Positions 48,430-58,465 are shown, numbered from the stretch's first letter. The stretch: 64,000 nucleotides of DNA from Planctomycetota bacterium (GCA_965223845.1 CBDCXR010000004.1:3552001-3616000); one strand, 5' to 3'. Numbers and translations: made by a program. The notes: generated from the letters alone by a model not told the origin.

Positions 48430-48960
48430 ATGACGGATTCCGCGATGCGCAGTGCCGACCCCGGAGACGAGCTCGTCGACCTCATCGATCGCGAGGACCG
48501 CATCATCGGGCGGGCGACGCGCGGAGAAGTACGAACTCAAAACCTGCTCCACCGCGGCGTCGGCATTCTCTGTCTCAACTCCACGGGACAGATCTACGTC
48601 CATCGCCGTACGCACACGAAAGACGTCTTCCCCGGACTCTACGACATGTTCGTGGGGGGCGTCGTGGGCGCGGGCGAGAGCTACGACGACGCGGCACGAC
48701 GCGAAATCGCCGAGGAGCTCGGAATCCGCGGCCCGACGCCGGAGCCTCTCTTTCGCCACCTCTACTGGGGCGACCACAATCGCAGTTGGGTCTCGGTCTA
48801 CCGCGTCACTTGGGACGGCTCGATTCGACACCAGGAATCGGAGGTGGCGTGGGGTGCGTATCTCGATTGGGACGAGCTCCTCGCGAAGATCTCGCAGTGG
48901 CCCTTCGTCCCGGACGGCTTAGAGATCTTCCACGCCTACCGCGACTACCGACAAGCCTGA
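48430..48960 (+). CDS. NUDIX hydrolase (YfcD/IDI-like)
   Basis: LLHRGV, RRTHTKDVFPG, Nudix box GGVVGAGESYDDAARREIAEELG, QESEV. Confidence 0.9.
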   Translation: MTDSAMRSADPGDELVDLIDREDRIIGRATRGEVRTQNLLHRGVGILCLNSTGQIYVHRRTHTKDVFPGLYDMFVGGVVGAGESYDDAARREIAEELGIRGPTPEPLFRHLYWGDHNRSWVSVYRVTWDGSIRHQESEVAWGAYLDWDELLAKISQWPFVPDGLEIFHAYRDYRQA

Positions 48961-50696
48961 AAGCAGTCGCTCGTTTGGTCGACGGCAAGCTCGAGCGCGC
49001 CCGGCGCCGCGAGCTCGATTCCGTCGGAGAAGAGGTAGAGGAGAATCCGAATCCCGTCGCTGATCACGAGCACACTGTTGTCGTCCGCGTCGCAAGCGTC
49101 CGGACAGGTGGGCTCGAACCCGGTCGCGCTGAAGAGATACTCGAACACCGCAACCCCGTCCGAGATCTCGACTCGACCGCTCGAATTGCAATCGCCGCGG
49201 AGGAACGGGCGCACCCCGATGCCGCAGTAGGCTCCCGCTTCGAAAGCGCCGATGTCGACAGTCGCCGGCGGCAAGGGGTCGTTCGGTATCCAGGTGCACG
49301 AGGTACGACTGAAGCGACACTCGCCGTCGAAACTCGTCACGTCGAGAACGGCCGCGTTCTCGCCGCGATCGACCGCGTTCGAGCTCTCGCGGAGGTGAAA
49401 GTCGGCCTCATCGGCGCCGGCCGCGAACTCTCGAAACGGTGGAATCGCCGCATCGGCCGGCGCGACATTGTTCCCCACGCCGTCGCGGCTCAGCCGGCTT
49501 CGCGTAAGAAAATTGTGGACGGCGCGGATCTTGGGAAACCTCTCGTTCCAATCCAGGCCCGCCGCCACCTCCAAGTCGAACTCCGACTCGCCACCGGTCT
49601 CCCAGCAGAGGTTGTTGACGAAGCTCCAGCGAAGATCGCTCGCCGCCGCGCCGAGTGCGTCGAGATTGTCGTGGTAGACGACGAAGCCCTCGGTTTGAAC
49701 GATCGTGTTGTTCACGATCGAGATCGAGACTTCATGGTGCGGCCACAGTGACAAGTAACACGCGTTCACCGTCCGCCGAATCACGTTGCCGCTGACTTGC
49801 ACGTCGAGCGTCCCGGCAGCGTCGATTCCCCCGAATCGTTCGGACGCCGTCATCTGTACGGCGCTCGGCGCGCGGTCGAACTCGTTCTGAGCGATGCGCG
49901 CGCTCACGCTCGCGTGGGCGTCGATATGGAGCGCGACTCCGGCTCCGAGTCGCCCCGCGTAGCCATAGGGGATCAGCTCCTCGAAGAGTGACCGCTCGAC
50001 GTCGAGGTCGACACGCGACCCGCGCGCCGCGTCGACGACCACGCCGCCGTACACACGCGCGAAACGGCAGTTGCGTACGCTGACACTCGATTCGCTCCGA
50101 AGGCCCGGCGCAACTCGGACCGCCGGGCCGGCGAGATCGCTGAAGGCGCAACTCTCGAGCTCGACGTTCAGGTGCTGCTCTCCCCACAGGAGGACACCGG
50201 AGAGCCCGTCCCGGAGCGTCAAATCTCTCAGGCGTAGAACGAGGGCGGGATGTTGAGTTTCCGCGACGACGGCGAACACGGCCGGGCCGGAGCCCGGACT
50301 TCGTTCGCCGACGATCGCCGTTCGATCGATCGCCGCCCCGACAATCTCGACTTCGAGAAGCTCGGGCGGAACGAGGATCGGCGCGGCGTCGCGAAACTCC
50401 CCCTCGGCGACGAGCACGCGCACGGGTCTCGATCCCGTTTCTTCAGCGAAGTAGAGCGCTCGCTGAATCGAACCGAACGGACTCCCCACGGAGCCGTCGG
50501 CGGATTCGTCGTCCCCATTCGGAGAGACGCGCAATTCCACAAACGGCGCGACGTCTTCGCCGCCGAAGGTCGACTGCAACGGCGCGATGCTCGCGCCTGC
50601 GAGGAGTGCGGCGAGCGTGAAGCCGAACACGGGGGCATTCGCCACTCGGGCGGCCGCGCGCAGCGCCACGCCATTCGTCGAAGAGCGCGCCTTCAT
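48945..50696 (-). CDS. Secreted DUF1565/parallel beta-helix protein with C-terminal Cys-flanked dockerin-like domain
   Basis: Signal peptide; VSPNGDDESADGSVGSPFGSIQRAL; beta-helix repeats; DFHL...AVDRG...DIGAFE; FLRGDCN...DADD...LF tail. Confidence 0.8.
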   Translation of the reverse strand: MKARSSTNGVALRAAARVANAPVFGFTLAALLAGASIAPLQSTFGGEDVAPFVELRVSPNGDDESADGSVGSPFGSIQRALYFAEETGSRPVRVLVAEGEFRDAAPILVPPELLEVEIVGAAIDRTAIVGERSPGSGPAVFAVVAETQHPALVLRLRDLTLRDGLSGVLLWGEQHLNVELESCAFSDLAGPAVRVAPGLRSESSVSVRNCRFARVYGGVVVDAARGSRVDLDVERSLFEELIPYGYAGRLGAGVALHIDAHASVSARIAQNEFDRAPSAVQMTASERFGGIDAAGTLDVQVSGNVIRRTVNACYLSLWPHHEVSISIVNNTIVQTEGFVVYHDNLDALGAAASDLRWSFVNNLCWETGGESEFDLEVAAGLDWNERFPKIRAVHNFLTRSRLSRDGVGNNVAPADAAIPPFREFAAGADEADFHLRESSNAVDRGENAAVLDVTSFDGECRFSRTSCTWIPNDPLPPATVDIGAFEAGAYCGIGVRPFLRGDCNSSGRVEISDGVAVFEYLFSATGFEPTCPDACDADDNSVLVISDGIRILLYLFSDGIELAAPGALELAVDQTSDCFQACR

Positions 50697-50808
50697 CCTC
50701 TCGTACCTCTCGCCTCGCGATGCGGACGGAGCTCGGTCTCACCGAAGCGCGCCGAGTGATCGTCCCGTGCGGACATCTCCCCCGGTCGCGGCGGCGAACG
50801 ATAGCGTG

Positions 50809-50840
50809 ACGATAGTCGAATACTTGACAGTAGTCAAGTA
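50809..50840 (-). promoter_or_regulatory. sigma70 promoter TTGACT-N17-TATCGT overlapped by palindromic operator TACTTGAC-agta-GTCAAGTA
   Basis: -35 at 50837-50832, -10 at 50814-50809; perfect 8-bp inverted repeat at 50821-50840. Confidence 0.7.
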
Positions 50841-50925
50841 ACGCTCGAAACGTGGCCGGAGACGAGAGGGCAGCGACAGCTCCTCAGCGGAGGCGATGCG
50901 CGGCTGGCCGCCACGGCGTAGCGGA

Positions 50926-53121
50926 TCAAGCGCTCTTCTTCTTCCGCGATCGTCCGCTGCGCGCCGGCTTCTTCGACTTCTTTTTCGTCGACCGGCTCGG
51001 CGCCTTCGACCGACTGGGCTTCTTCTTCGCCTTCGGCGCGGCCGGCTTCTTTCCGCTCTTCCGTGCCGCCGCGGGGCGCTTCGACCCGCCCGAGCTCTTC
51101 GACTTGGCCGGCCGCTTCGTCTTCGAGCTCTTCGCCGGCGCCTTCTTCGATTTCCCAGTCGATTTCGCGCTCTTCTTCGGCGCGGACTTTTTCGCCCCGC
51201 TCTGCTTCACCGTGGCCTTCTTCTTCGCCGGAGACTTCTTCGCCGAGGATTTCTCGGCCGCGGCCTTCTTCTTCGCGGTCGCGGCGCTCGACGCCGGGGC
51301 GCGCTTCTTTCCCGCCGCGGATTCCTTGGCGGGGGCCTTCGATGATTTCGTGCGCGCGGACGTCCCCGGAGCCTTTGCGGACTCGCTCTTCGCCGCCGCC
51401 TTCTTTCCCGCGGCCGCCTTCTTTCCCGAGGCAGCCTTCCCCGACTTCTTCGGCGCCTCGGCTTCGGTGCGCGCGGCCGCCTGCTCGAGCTTTCGCTTCG
51501 CCGACGCCGCAATCTTCGCTCGGGGGAACTTCCGCACGACGTACTTGAGCATCGTCTCGCCGAACGGCCGGAACTCCTCGCCCTCCTCGATAAAATGGAA
51601 CCCGAGGAAGAAGAAATCCTCCGGCTTCAGATCGGAGTCGCCGCGAAGCTTTCGCACGAGGGCATCGCGACTGTCGCAGACGAGTGCGCGGAGAACGCGG
51701 AGACCGTGGTTCGAGCGACGCGCCGACGGGGCCAGCTCTTGCGCACTCAGCTTGAGGTGCGCGACTCCGAGGAGGTAACGCCCTTCGGCGTTGATCAGAT
51801 GGTTGTCCCAGAGAAGCTGGAGCACGGTCGCCATCTTCTCCCATTTGTCACTCGTCCGGCGGCGCTTGAGTGCCCAGGCACGGTCGTACACCATTTTCCG
51901 CAGCGGAGTCGTGTCGACGGCGCGGACGAACTCGAGAAACGCCTCGTAGTGAGCGTCGTTCTGCTCGTAGAGCGCGAGAAGCCTCTTGCACGCTCGGTCG
52001 AGGTAGCGAACGCGCGCCGACTGCGGGAACTCGCGCAGAATCGCGTTCACCCGCTGGGTGACCTCGAGGTCGGTCGTCTCCATCAGAAGGCCGAAGAGCG
52101 AATCGACCGCCCCGGGCATCTTTCGGAGCGAGTCCTGCGCGGCCTCGCGCACGCGGAAACGCGCGTCACCGAGGAAGGGGAGGATCGCCTTCGCTGCGTC
52201 TGGACTTCGCGACTTCTCCAGTCGTTCGAAAACGTGAATCTGGACCGAGAAGTGAGGTGAATCGGCGAGGAGACGGACGAGCTGGCTCTGACGGGAGTCG
52301 GGAGCCTCCAGCCGCTCGAACGTCCGGAGTGCGTGCTGCGCGACGTTGTACCAATCTTCGTCGCAGAGCATCTTCTCGATGAACCGGTGGTCGGCGCTCG
52401 TGAGCGCGTCTTCGTCGGCAACTCGAGCGAACGAGACCATCGCGTGCAGCCGCACCTCCGGCGGGTACGTCTCGGACGCCAGGAGCCGCAGGGCGGCGCG
52501 AGCCTTCGTCGTCGGAAACTCGCCGCGAAGGTGGCCGTAGAGGATGGCCGCGCTGACGAGAGCCTGCGGGGAAGCCTTCCCCTCGCCCGCCTTGACGAGT
52601 CGCCCGAGCGCCGGAAGACAGGCGCGGTGCTCCTTCGGATCGAGCCGATCGAGGATCTCACCGACTTGAACGGTAATGAACTTCTGCAGATCGAACGACT
52701 CGTCCGCGAGAACGGTCGTCAGGTAGGCGACCGCGTCCGTCCCGCCGATCCGCCGGAGCGCGGTCACGACGGAGCGCTTGCCCGAGAAATCCGCCGTATC
52801 GTAGAGCTTTTTCAGCGCCGAGAGCGCCGCGGACCCCATGGATTCGAGTACGCGTGTCGCCGGCTCTCGAAGCGGACCGTCGGCGAGGATCAGAGGAGCT
52901 ACGTTCGCCGCGGCTCCGTTCACCTTGAGCTTCGCGAGCCCGTTTAAGGCGAGGAGCTGAAGCTGCTCGTCGGGATCGGAGAGGCCACGACTCAGGGCGA
53001 CGACGACGGGCCTCGAGTCGAGCCCCACCTCGGAAACCACGCGGAGCGTCGCGCGACGCAGATCGGGATCCTCGTGGTCGAGGAGCTGCGTCAGCCGCTT
53101 GATGACAGTGCTTGGGTTCAT
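50926..53121 (-). CDS. HEAT-repeat/TPR-like protein with ~180-aa histone-H1-like C-terminal tail
   Basis: LLDHEDPDLRRA, LSDPDEQLQ, LGDARFRVREAA repeats; TPR-like helices; K/A/S/P-rich tail with KKSPAKK and KKAPAK motifs. Confidence 0.85.
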   Translation of the reverse strand: MNPSTVIKRLTQLLDHEDPDLRRATLRVVSEVGLDSRPVVVALSRGLSDPDEQLQLLALNGLAKLKVNGAAANVAPLILADGPLREPATRVLESMGSAALSALKKLYDTADFSGKRSVVTALRRIGGTDAVAYLTTVLADESFDLQKFITVQVGEILDRLDPKEHRACLPALGRLVKAGEGKASPQALVSAAILYGHLRGEFPTTKARAALRLLASETYPPEVRLHAMVSFARVADEDALTSADHRFIEKMLCDEDWYNVAQHALRTFERLEAPDSRQSQLVRLLADSPHFSVQIHVFERLEKSRSPDAAKAILPFLGDARFRVREAAQDSLRKMPGAVDSLFGLLMETTDLEVTQRVNAILREFPQSARVRYLDRACKRLLALYEQNDAHYEAFLEFVRAVDTTPLRKMVYDRAWALKRRRTSDKWEKMATVLQLLWDNHLINAEGRYLLGVAHLKLSAQELAPSARRSNHGLRVLRALVCDSRDALVRKLRGDSDLKPEDFFFLGFHFIEEGEEFRPFGETMLKYVVRKFPRAKIAASAKRKLEQAAARTEAEAPKKSGKAASGKKAAAGKKAAAKSESAKAPGTSARTKSSKAPAKESAAGKKRAPASSAATAKKKAAAEKSSAKKSPAKKKATVKQSGAKKSAPKKSAKSTGKSKKAPAKSSKTKRPAKSKSSGGSKRPAAARKSGKKPAAPKAKKKPSRSKAPSRSTKKKSKKPARSGRSRKKKSA

Positions 53122-53613
53122 ATACGGGAAAGTCTACAGTCGATCCCGGCGGGCGAATCGGGCCATCGATCCGCGATCGGCCGGATCGAATCGGGGGCGG
53201 TCTCTCGGTCGAATCGCGCTCGTGTTCGCGCGACGACGTCCACCGTGACGGTCAACGCAGCCCGGAAGGGGATCCCTATGGAGTCTCAACCGTCTCGCTG
53301 CCGCCCGCCCGGTTCGGCGTGCCCCCCGGGAGCTGCCACCGCGCCCGAGACGGTTAAACCCTTTCGCGCGCCAACGTTAGTGTCTTTGCGGCCCCGCCCG
53401 GAGACCGAGCTCTCGGATCGGGCCCACGAAGGTCCACCGTCGGTGGTCATACACGCCCGACAAAATAACGCAGGGGCGCGAAAATCCATAGCGAAATCGT
53501 CGAGAGACGCCGGATGCGAGCCGTAAGCTCTTGCCTTTTAAGGCGTTAGGCTGTGCACGCACGCGGAGCACGGGAGACCCGGACGACGCCGGCTCCCACG
53601 GTGCTCTCGACGC

Positions 53614-54150
53614 TCATTCTTCGCTGATCTCGAAGTCGACGTCTCGAATCCGTCCGGGGGCGACCGACGGCCGAGGGCGGGTGTCGCGAGGTTCGACGGG
53701 TTCGGGGGGCGGTTCGCCCGTCGACTCGTAAAAGTTTTGTGTTTGGACGGTTACAACTCGCTCCGCCGCCGCGAGCGACCATCGCTGAACGAGACCGAGC
53801 ACGGCGTGGCGCGCGATGGGGAGGATCACGACGACACCCAAGACGTCCGTAATCGGCCCCGGAAGAATGAGGAGGAGCCCGCCGAAGCCGTACGCAGCGG
53901 CTTGAGTCAGGCGCCGGAATTCCGAGACGCCCTCCCGGCTGCCGTCGCGCCGCTCGAGTGCGGCATCGCGGAGGCGCTCGAGCATCCTCCCGCGGAGCCC
54001 ACGGGCGCAGACCAGCCCGAGAAGAAAGGTGCCGCCGTTCCACACGAGGCTCCAGACGAGCCCGATCTCGGTCGTGATCCGCCACAGGAGCGCGAACTCG
54101 AGAATCGGGACGAGCAGGATTGCAAAGAAGAGAAGGCGGAGCACGATCAC
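53614..54150 (-). CDS. fxsA: FxsA-family membrane protein
   Basis: LVPILEFALL..I...IG, GGLLLILPGPITDVLG; C-terminal IRDVDFEI. Confidence 0.82.
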   Translation of the reverse strand: MIVLRLLFFAILLVPILEFALLWRITTEIGLVWSLVWNGGTFLLGLVCARGLRGRMLERLRDAALERRDGSREGVSEFRRLTQAAAYGFGGLLLILPGPITDVLGVVVILPIARHAVLGLVQRWSLAAAERVVTVQTQNFYESTGEPPPEPVEPRDTRPRPSVAPGRIRDVDFEISEE

Positions 54151-54346
54151 AGAACAGTCTCGGGGAGAACGGGCGAACGGTGCGATGCTACCGGGGTCGG
54201 GATCGGCCGACAAGCGATCGGCCGTGAGACTACTGATTGTGAGACCGCAGATCGGGGGTGGGGAGAACGACCGCTCCCGCCCGATCGAAGAGGATGACTC
54301 GGCGGCGCGACGCCGGGTGAGCCGTCAGGCAGGAACGGAGCTTCGC

Positions 54347-55864
54347 ATGAGCGATTCGATACTCGCCGCGCTGGAGATCACGGGAGAGAGTCCCGGTACG
54401 TACGCGAACGGAAGCTGGCTCGATGGGGAGACGTCGATCGAGTCGTGGAATCCAGCGACGGAGCGGCGAATCGGAAGCGTCCGATTGACGTCGCCCGAAC
54501 AGCTCGACCAGGTCGTCGAGGCCGCGCGAGCGACATTCGAGAGGTGGCGCGCGCTTCCCGCGCCGCGCCGAGGCGAGTACGTGCGGCGCATCGGCGAGGC
54601 CCTCCGCGCGAAGAAGCACGAGCTCGCCCGTCTCGTGACCTCCGAATGCGGCAAGATCCTCAGCGAGGCGGAAGGCGAAGTTCAGGAGATGATCGACATC
54701 GCGGACTTCGCCGTCGGCCTCTCGCGCAGCTTCGGCGGTCTCACGCTTCCGAGCGAGCGGCCCGACCACCGCATGTTCGAGCAGTGGCATCCTCTCGGTC
54801 CGGTCGGCGTCATCACCGCGTTCAATTTTCCCGTCGCGGTGTGGGCGTGGAACGCGATGATCGCCGCCGTCTGTGGGGACACGGTGATCTGGAAGCCCTC
54901 TGAGAAAACCCCGCTCACGGCGGTCGCAGTGACGGAGATCGTTCACCGGGTCGTCGCACCCGACGGCTGGGGCGGTGTGTTTCAGCTCGTGAGCGGCGAT
55001 CGCGCTCTCGGCTCTCGCCTCGCGGAGGATCCTCGCCTCCCGCTGATCAGCGCGACCGGGAGCTGCGGGATGGGAAAGCAGGTGGCCGAGATCGTCGGTC
55101 GCCGACTCGGCCGCACCCTTCTCGAGCTAGGCGGAAACAACGGCCTCGTCGTCCTCGACGACGCCGACGTCTCCCTCGCGCTCCGCGCCGTCGCCTTCGG
55201 GGCCGTCGGCACGGCCGGGCAGCGCTGCACCACGACACGGAGGCTCATCATCGAGAAGGGGATCGCCGCCGAATTCGAGCGCAAGCTCGTGCGAGCGTTC
55301 GGCAGCGTGCGCATCGGCGATCCGGCGGAGCCGGATGTTCTCCTCGGCCCGCTCATCGATTCGCGTGCCGTCGAGCAGTACCGCTCCGCGATCGACGCCA
55401 TTCGCGCCGAAGGCGGTGAGATTCTGTGCGGCGGCGAAGCCATCGATCGACCGGGTCACTTCGTCCAGCCGACCATCGTCCGCGCGCGTCCAGACATGCC
55501 GATCGTCGGCGAAGAGACCTTCGCCCCGATCCTCTACGTGCTCCACGTGAACGACCTCGACGAAGCGATCGCCGTCCACAACCGCGTGCGCCAGGGACTC
55601 TCTTCGGCGATCTTCACGACGTCGCAGCGGAGCGCGGAGCGTTTTCTCTCGGCCGCGGGGAGCGACTGCGGCATCGCGAACGTCAATCTCGGCACGAGCG
55701 GCGCGGAGATCGGCGGGGCGTTCGGCGGCGAAAAGGAAACCGGTGGCGGACGCGAGGCGGGCTCAGACTCGTGGAAGGCCTATATGCGCCGACAGACCTG
55801 TACGATCAACTACGGGAGCGAACTGCCGCTCGCGCAGGGAGTCCGCTTCGACGTCGAAGCTTAG
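54347..55864 (+). CDS. Aldehyde dehydrogenase family 7 (piperideine-6-carboxylate/aminoadipate-semialdehyde dehydrogenase-like)
   Basis: GEVQEMIDIADFAVGLSR, ITAFNFPVAVWAWN, ELGGNN, GTAGQRCTT, ETFAP, GAEIGGAFGGEKETGGGRE.GSD.WK.YMRR. Confidence 0.93.
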   Translation: MSDSILAALEITGESPGTYANGSWLDGETSIESWNPATERRIGSVRLTSPEQLDQVVEAARATFERWRALPAPRRGEYVRRIGEALRAKKHELARLVTSECGKILSEAEGEVQEMIDIADFAVGLSRSFGGLTLPSERPDHRMFEQWHPLGPVGVITAFNFPVAVWAWNAMIAAVCGDTVIWKPSEKTPLTAVAVTEIVHRVVAPDGWGGVFQLVSGDRALGSRLAEDPRLPLISATGSCGMGKQVAEIVGRRLGRTLLELGGNNGLVVLDDADVSLALRAVAFGAVGTAGQRCTTTRRLIIEKGIAAEFERKLVRAFGSVRIGDPAEPDVLLGPLIDSRAVEQYRSAIDAIRAEGGEILCGGEAIDRPGHFVQPTIVRARPDMPIVGEETFAPILYVLHVNDLDEAIAVHNRVRQGLSSAIFTTSQRSAERFLSAAGSDCGIANVNLGTSGAEIGGAFGGEKETGGGREAGSDSWKAYMRRQTCTINYGSELPLAQGVRFDVEA

Positions 55865-56256
55865 CGCGCGTCGACGGGGCTCGGTGCCCGAGGAAGCGCC
55901 ACACCGATCGATCCCGTCCAACGAAATCCACGTCTTTCCGCAGCTCGAGGTCGACGGTCACGGTTTGATGCGCGCACCTCTCGCCGCTCGATTCACGAGC
56001 CGCCGGGAACTTCGTCTTTCGTACGGATGCGCGATGTGAATCGCGCTGGCGGGGCCTCACGGCCCGCAGTATAACGAGCGGGAGATTCCTCTCCGGATGG
56101 GTCACTCGATTCGATAGCGCCAACCTAGAGGTCTGATTCGGTAACCGAGCGCGAGTGCTCACGCGGCCCCTTGGCCGCCGGTCGAGCACCCGTTCGGGCT
56201 CGCGGTTCCGATCTGCGATTGGTGAACTCCGCTCTTCTGGCCCGTGGAACCCCGCT

Positions 56257-57219
56257 TTGGAACCGCGCGTTCGATCACTCTACAAGAATGTCCGCAGCGT
56301 CATCTTCGGCAAGGATGACGTCGTCGAGCTCGCGCTCACGAGCCTCCTCGCTGGCGGCCATCTCCTCATCGAGGACGCCCCTGGTCTCGGGAAGACGATG
56401 CTCGCCCGCGCGATCGCCCAGTCGCTCGACGCGGAGTTCAAGCGCATTCAGTTCACTCCCGACCTCCTCCCGTCCGACGTAACCGGCGTCTCGGTGTTTT
56501 CGCCGCAGCGACAGGAGTTCGAGTTCCGCGCGGGTCCGATCTTCACGCACGTCCTCCTCGCCGACGAGATCAATCGAACGTCTCCGCGAACGCAGTCGAG
56601 CCTCCTCGAGAGCATGGAGGAGGGACAAGTCTCGCTCGACGGCGAAACGCATCGACTCCCCGATCCGTTCTTCGTCATCGCAACGCAGAACCCGATCGAG
56701 CTCGAGGGTACGTATCCGCTTCCGGAGGCGCAGCTCGATCGCTTCTTGATGCAAGTCAGCCTCGGGTACCCGAGCGCTGAGGACGAGATCCGCGTCCTCG
56801 CCGAGCAGATCGACAGCCACCCGATCGAGCGCCTGCGTCCGGTCCTATCGGTCGGTGATCTCCTGCGGCTCCGCGAAGATGTCCGGCGCGTGCGCCTCGC
56901 TCCGACGGTCCAGCGCTACTTGGTCGATCTCGTACGGGCGACTCGCGCGGCACCGGAGACCCGCCTCGGGTCCAGTCCTCGCGGCGCGGTCGCGCTCATG
57001 CGTGCGAGCCAGGCGCACGCGTTTCTGCGCGGCCGCGAGTACGTCCCGCCCGATTCGGTCAAGCGACTCGCGCCGTACGTACTCGCCCATCGCCTGGTGC
57101 TCGATCCGCACGTCGAATACACCGGCCTCACAAAGCTCGGCGTTCTCGGACGGGTTCTCAAGGAAGTCCCGGTGCCGACGCTCCCTCATGACCAGGTCCA
57201 CTCCAGCACTCCGAGATAA
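56257..57219 (+). CDS. moxR: MoxR-family AAA+ ATPase (start uncertain)
   Basis: GHLLIEDAPGLGKT, RIQFTPDLLPSDVTG, LADEINRTSPRTQS, ATQNPIE.EGTYPLPEAQLDRF, SPRG, VLAHR. Confidence 0.95.
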   Translation: MEPRVRSLYKNVRSVIFGKDDVVELALTSLLAGGHLLIEDAPGLGKTMLARAIAQSLDAEFKRIQFTPDLLPSDVTGVSVFSPQRQEFEFRAGPIFTHVLLADEINRTSPRTQSSLLESMEEGQVSLDGETHRLPDPFFVIATQNPIELEGTYPLPEAQLDRFLMQVSLGYPSAEDEIRVLAEQIDSHPIERLRPVLSVGDLLRLREDVRRVRLAPTVQRYLVDLVRATRAAPETRLGSSPRGAVALMRASQAHAFLRGREYVPPDSVKRLAPYVLAHRLVLDPHVEYTGLTKLGVLGRVLKEVPVPTLPHDQVHSSTPR

Positions 57220-58465
57220 CTGCAGCTCGGCGGCGCCGATGGGCCTTGTCGCGGCGGTCGCTCTCGTTTACGGCTTGGTCTTCGCCCATCCGACCGCAGC
57301 GGCGTTCGGAGTGGCGGCCCTCGCGGTGATCGGCGTCGTCTACGCGATCGCGCGCTCCGGGCTCCGCGGGATCCGCATCTCGCGCACGGTCCGTGAGAGT
57401 GCGGTCGAAGGAGACGAAGTCGAAGTCGTCCTCCACCTCGAGAGCCAATCGCGCTGGTCGGTGTTCCTCCCGCTGATCTACGACTGCTTTACGCCCGAAT
57501 TTCACACGCATCATCGCGTCCTCTTCCCGTTTCGGATTCGCCCGGGGGAGTCGCTTTCCGGTCGTTACACGGGACGCTGCCTTCTTCCGCGCGGAGTCTA
57601 CCGTCTCGGTCCGACGACCATCGTCGTGTCCGATCCACTCGGCTGGTTTCGACTGCGAAAGACCGTCGCGATCGAGCAAGAGCTCAAGGTGTACCCGCGC
57701 TTCGGAGACTACGGCGTCGACGAACGCTGCGGTGACACGACGTCGCTACTCTCCGACATGATCCATCGCGCGGCGATCGGCGAGAGCCTCGAGTTTGCCA
57801 CCGTTCGGGACTACCGTCCCGGCGATCCGCTGCGACACGTCCACTGGCCGCTCACGGCGCACCGGGGGTTTCCCGTCGTGCGCGAGTTTGCGCGGACCTC
57901 GCGCGGCGACCTCACTCTCTACCTCGATCTCTACCAGCGAAGCGTTCTCGGCATCGGACGCGGGTCGAGCTTGGAACAGAGCGTGAAGATCACGGCCGCG
58001 CTCGGCGCGAGCGCGCTTCGACGCGGATACCGCGTCGCCACGATCGCCTGGGGTCCGACGCGGCGCTCGTTGCCGCTCGTGCGGGGCGCCGGTCAGCTCC
58101 AGGTTCTTCTCGACCTCCTGGTCACGGTGAAGCCGAATGGCGAGGTCCCGCTCGACGAAGTGCTCGAGCGCACCCGAGCCGAGATTCCGACCGGCGGGAC
58201 CGTCGTCGTCCCGATCTCGCCGTACCTTCGCACGTCGAAGGCATTCGAGCGTCGCCTCGTCGCCCTCCGCCGCTCGGGCTGCCGTGTCGTCGCCGTCGTC
58301 TACGACGATGCGACGTACCGGCGCGTCTACGACGACGCCCGCCCGGGAGAGTCGGCCGAGGCCTTCGCCCACGGACTCCGCGCGCGCGGAATCGACGTGT
58401 TCGTCATTCCCTGCGCGGCCGACCTCGCCGCGGCGTTTCGCGAGGGAGCTGCGCTCGCGCGATGA
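57188..58465 (+). CDS. DUF58 (vWA-like) protein
   Basis: N-terminal TMs, RGVYRLGP..SDPLG, LKVYP, EF.TVRDYRPGDPLRHVHW..TA, VREF. Confidence 0.9.
   Translation: MTRSTPALRDNCSSAAPMGLVAAVALVYGLVFAHPTAAAFGVAALAVIGVVYAIARSGLRGIRISRTVRESAVEGDEVEVVLHLESQSRWSVFLPLIYDCFTPEFHTHHRVLFPFRIRPGESLSGRYTGRCLLPRGVYRLGPTTIVVSDPLGWFRLRKTVAIEQELKVYPRFGDYGVDERCGDTTSLLSDMIHRAAIGESLEFATVRDYRPGDPLRHVHWPLTAHRGFPVVREFARTSRGDLTLYLDLYQRSVLGIGRGSSLEQSVKITAALGASALRRGYRVATIAWGPTRRSLPLVRGAGQLQVLLDLLVTVKPNGEVPLDEVLERTRAEIPTGGTVVVPISPYLRTSKAFERRLVALRRSGCRVVAVVYDDATYRRVYDDARPGESAEAFAHGLRARGIDVFVIPCAADLAAAFREGAALAR

Noticed and set aside
50852-51778. Phe/Ala-rich 308-aa ORF that looks like a membrane protein
   Set aside because: It is the reverse complement of the Lys/Ala-rich tail codons.
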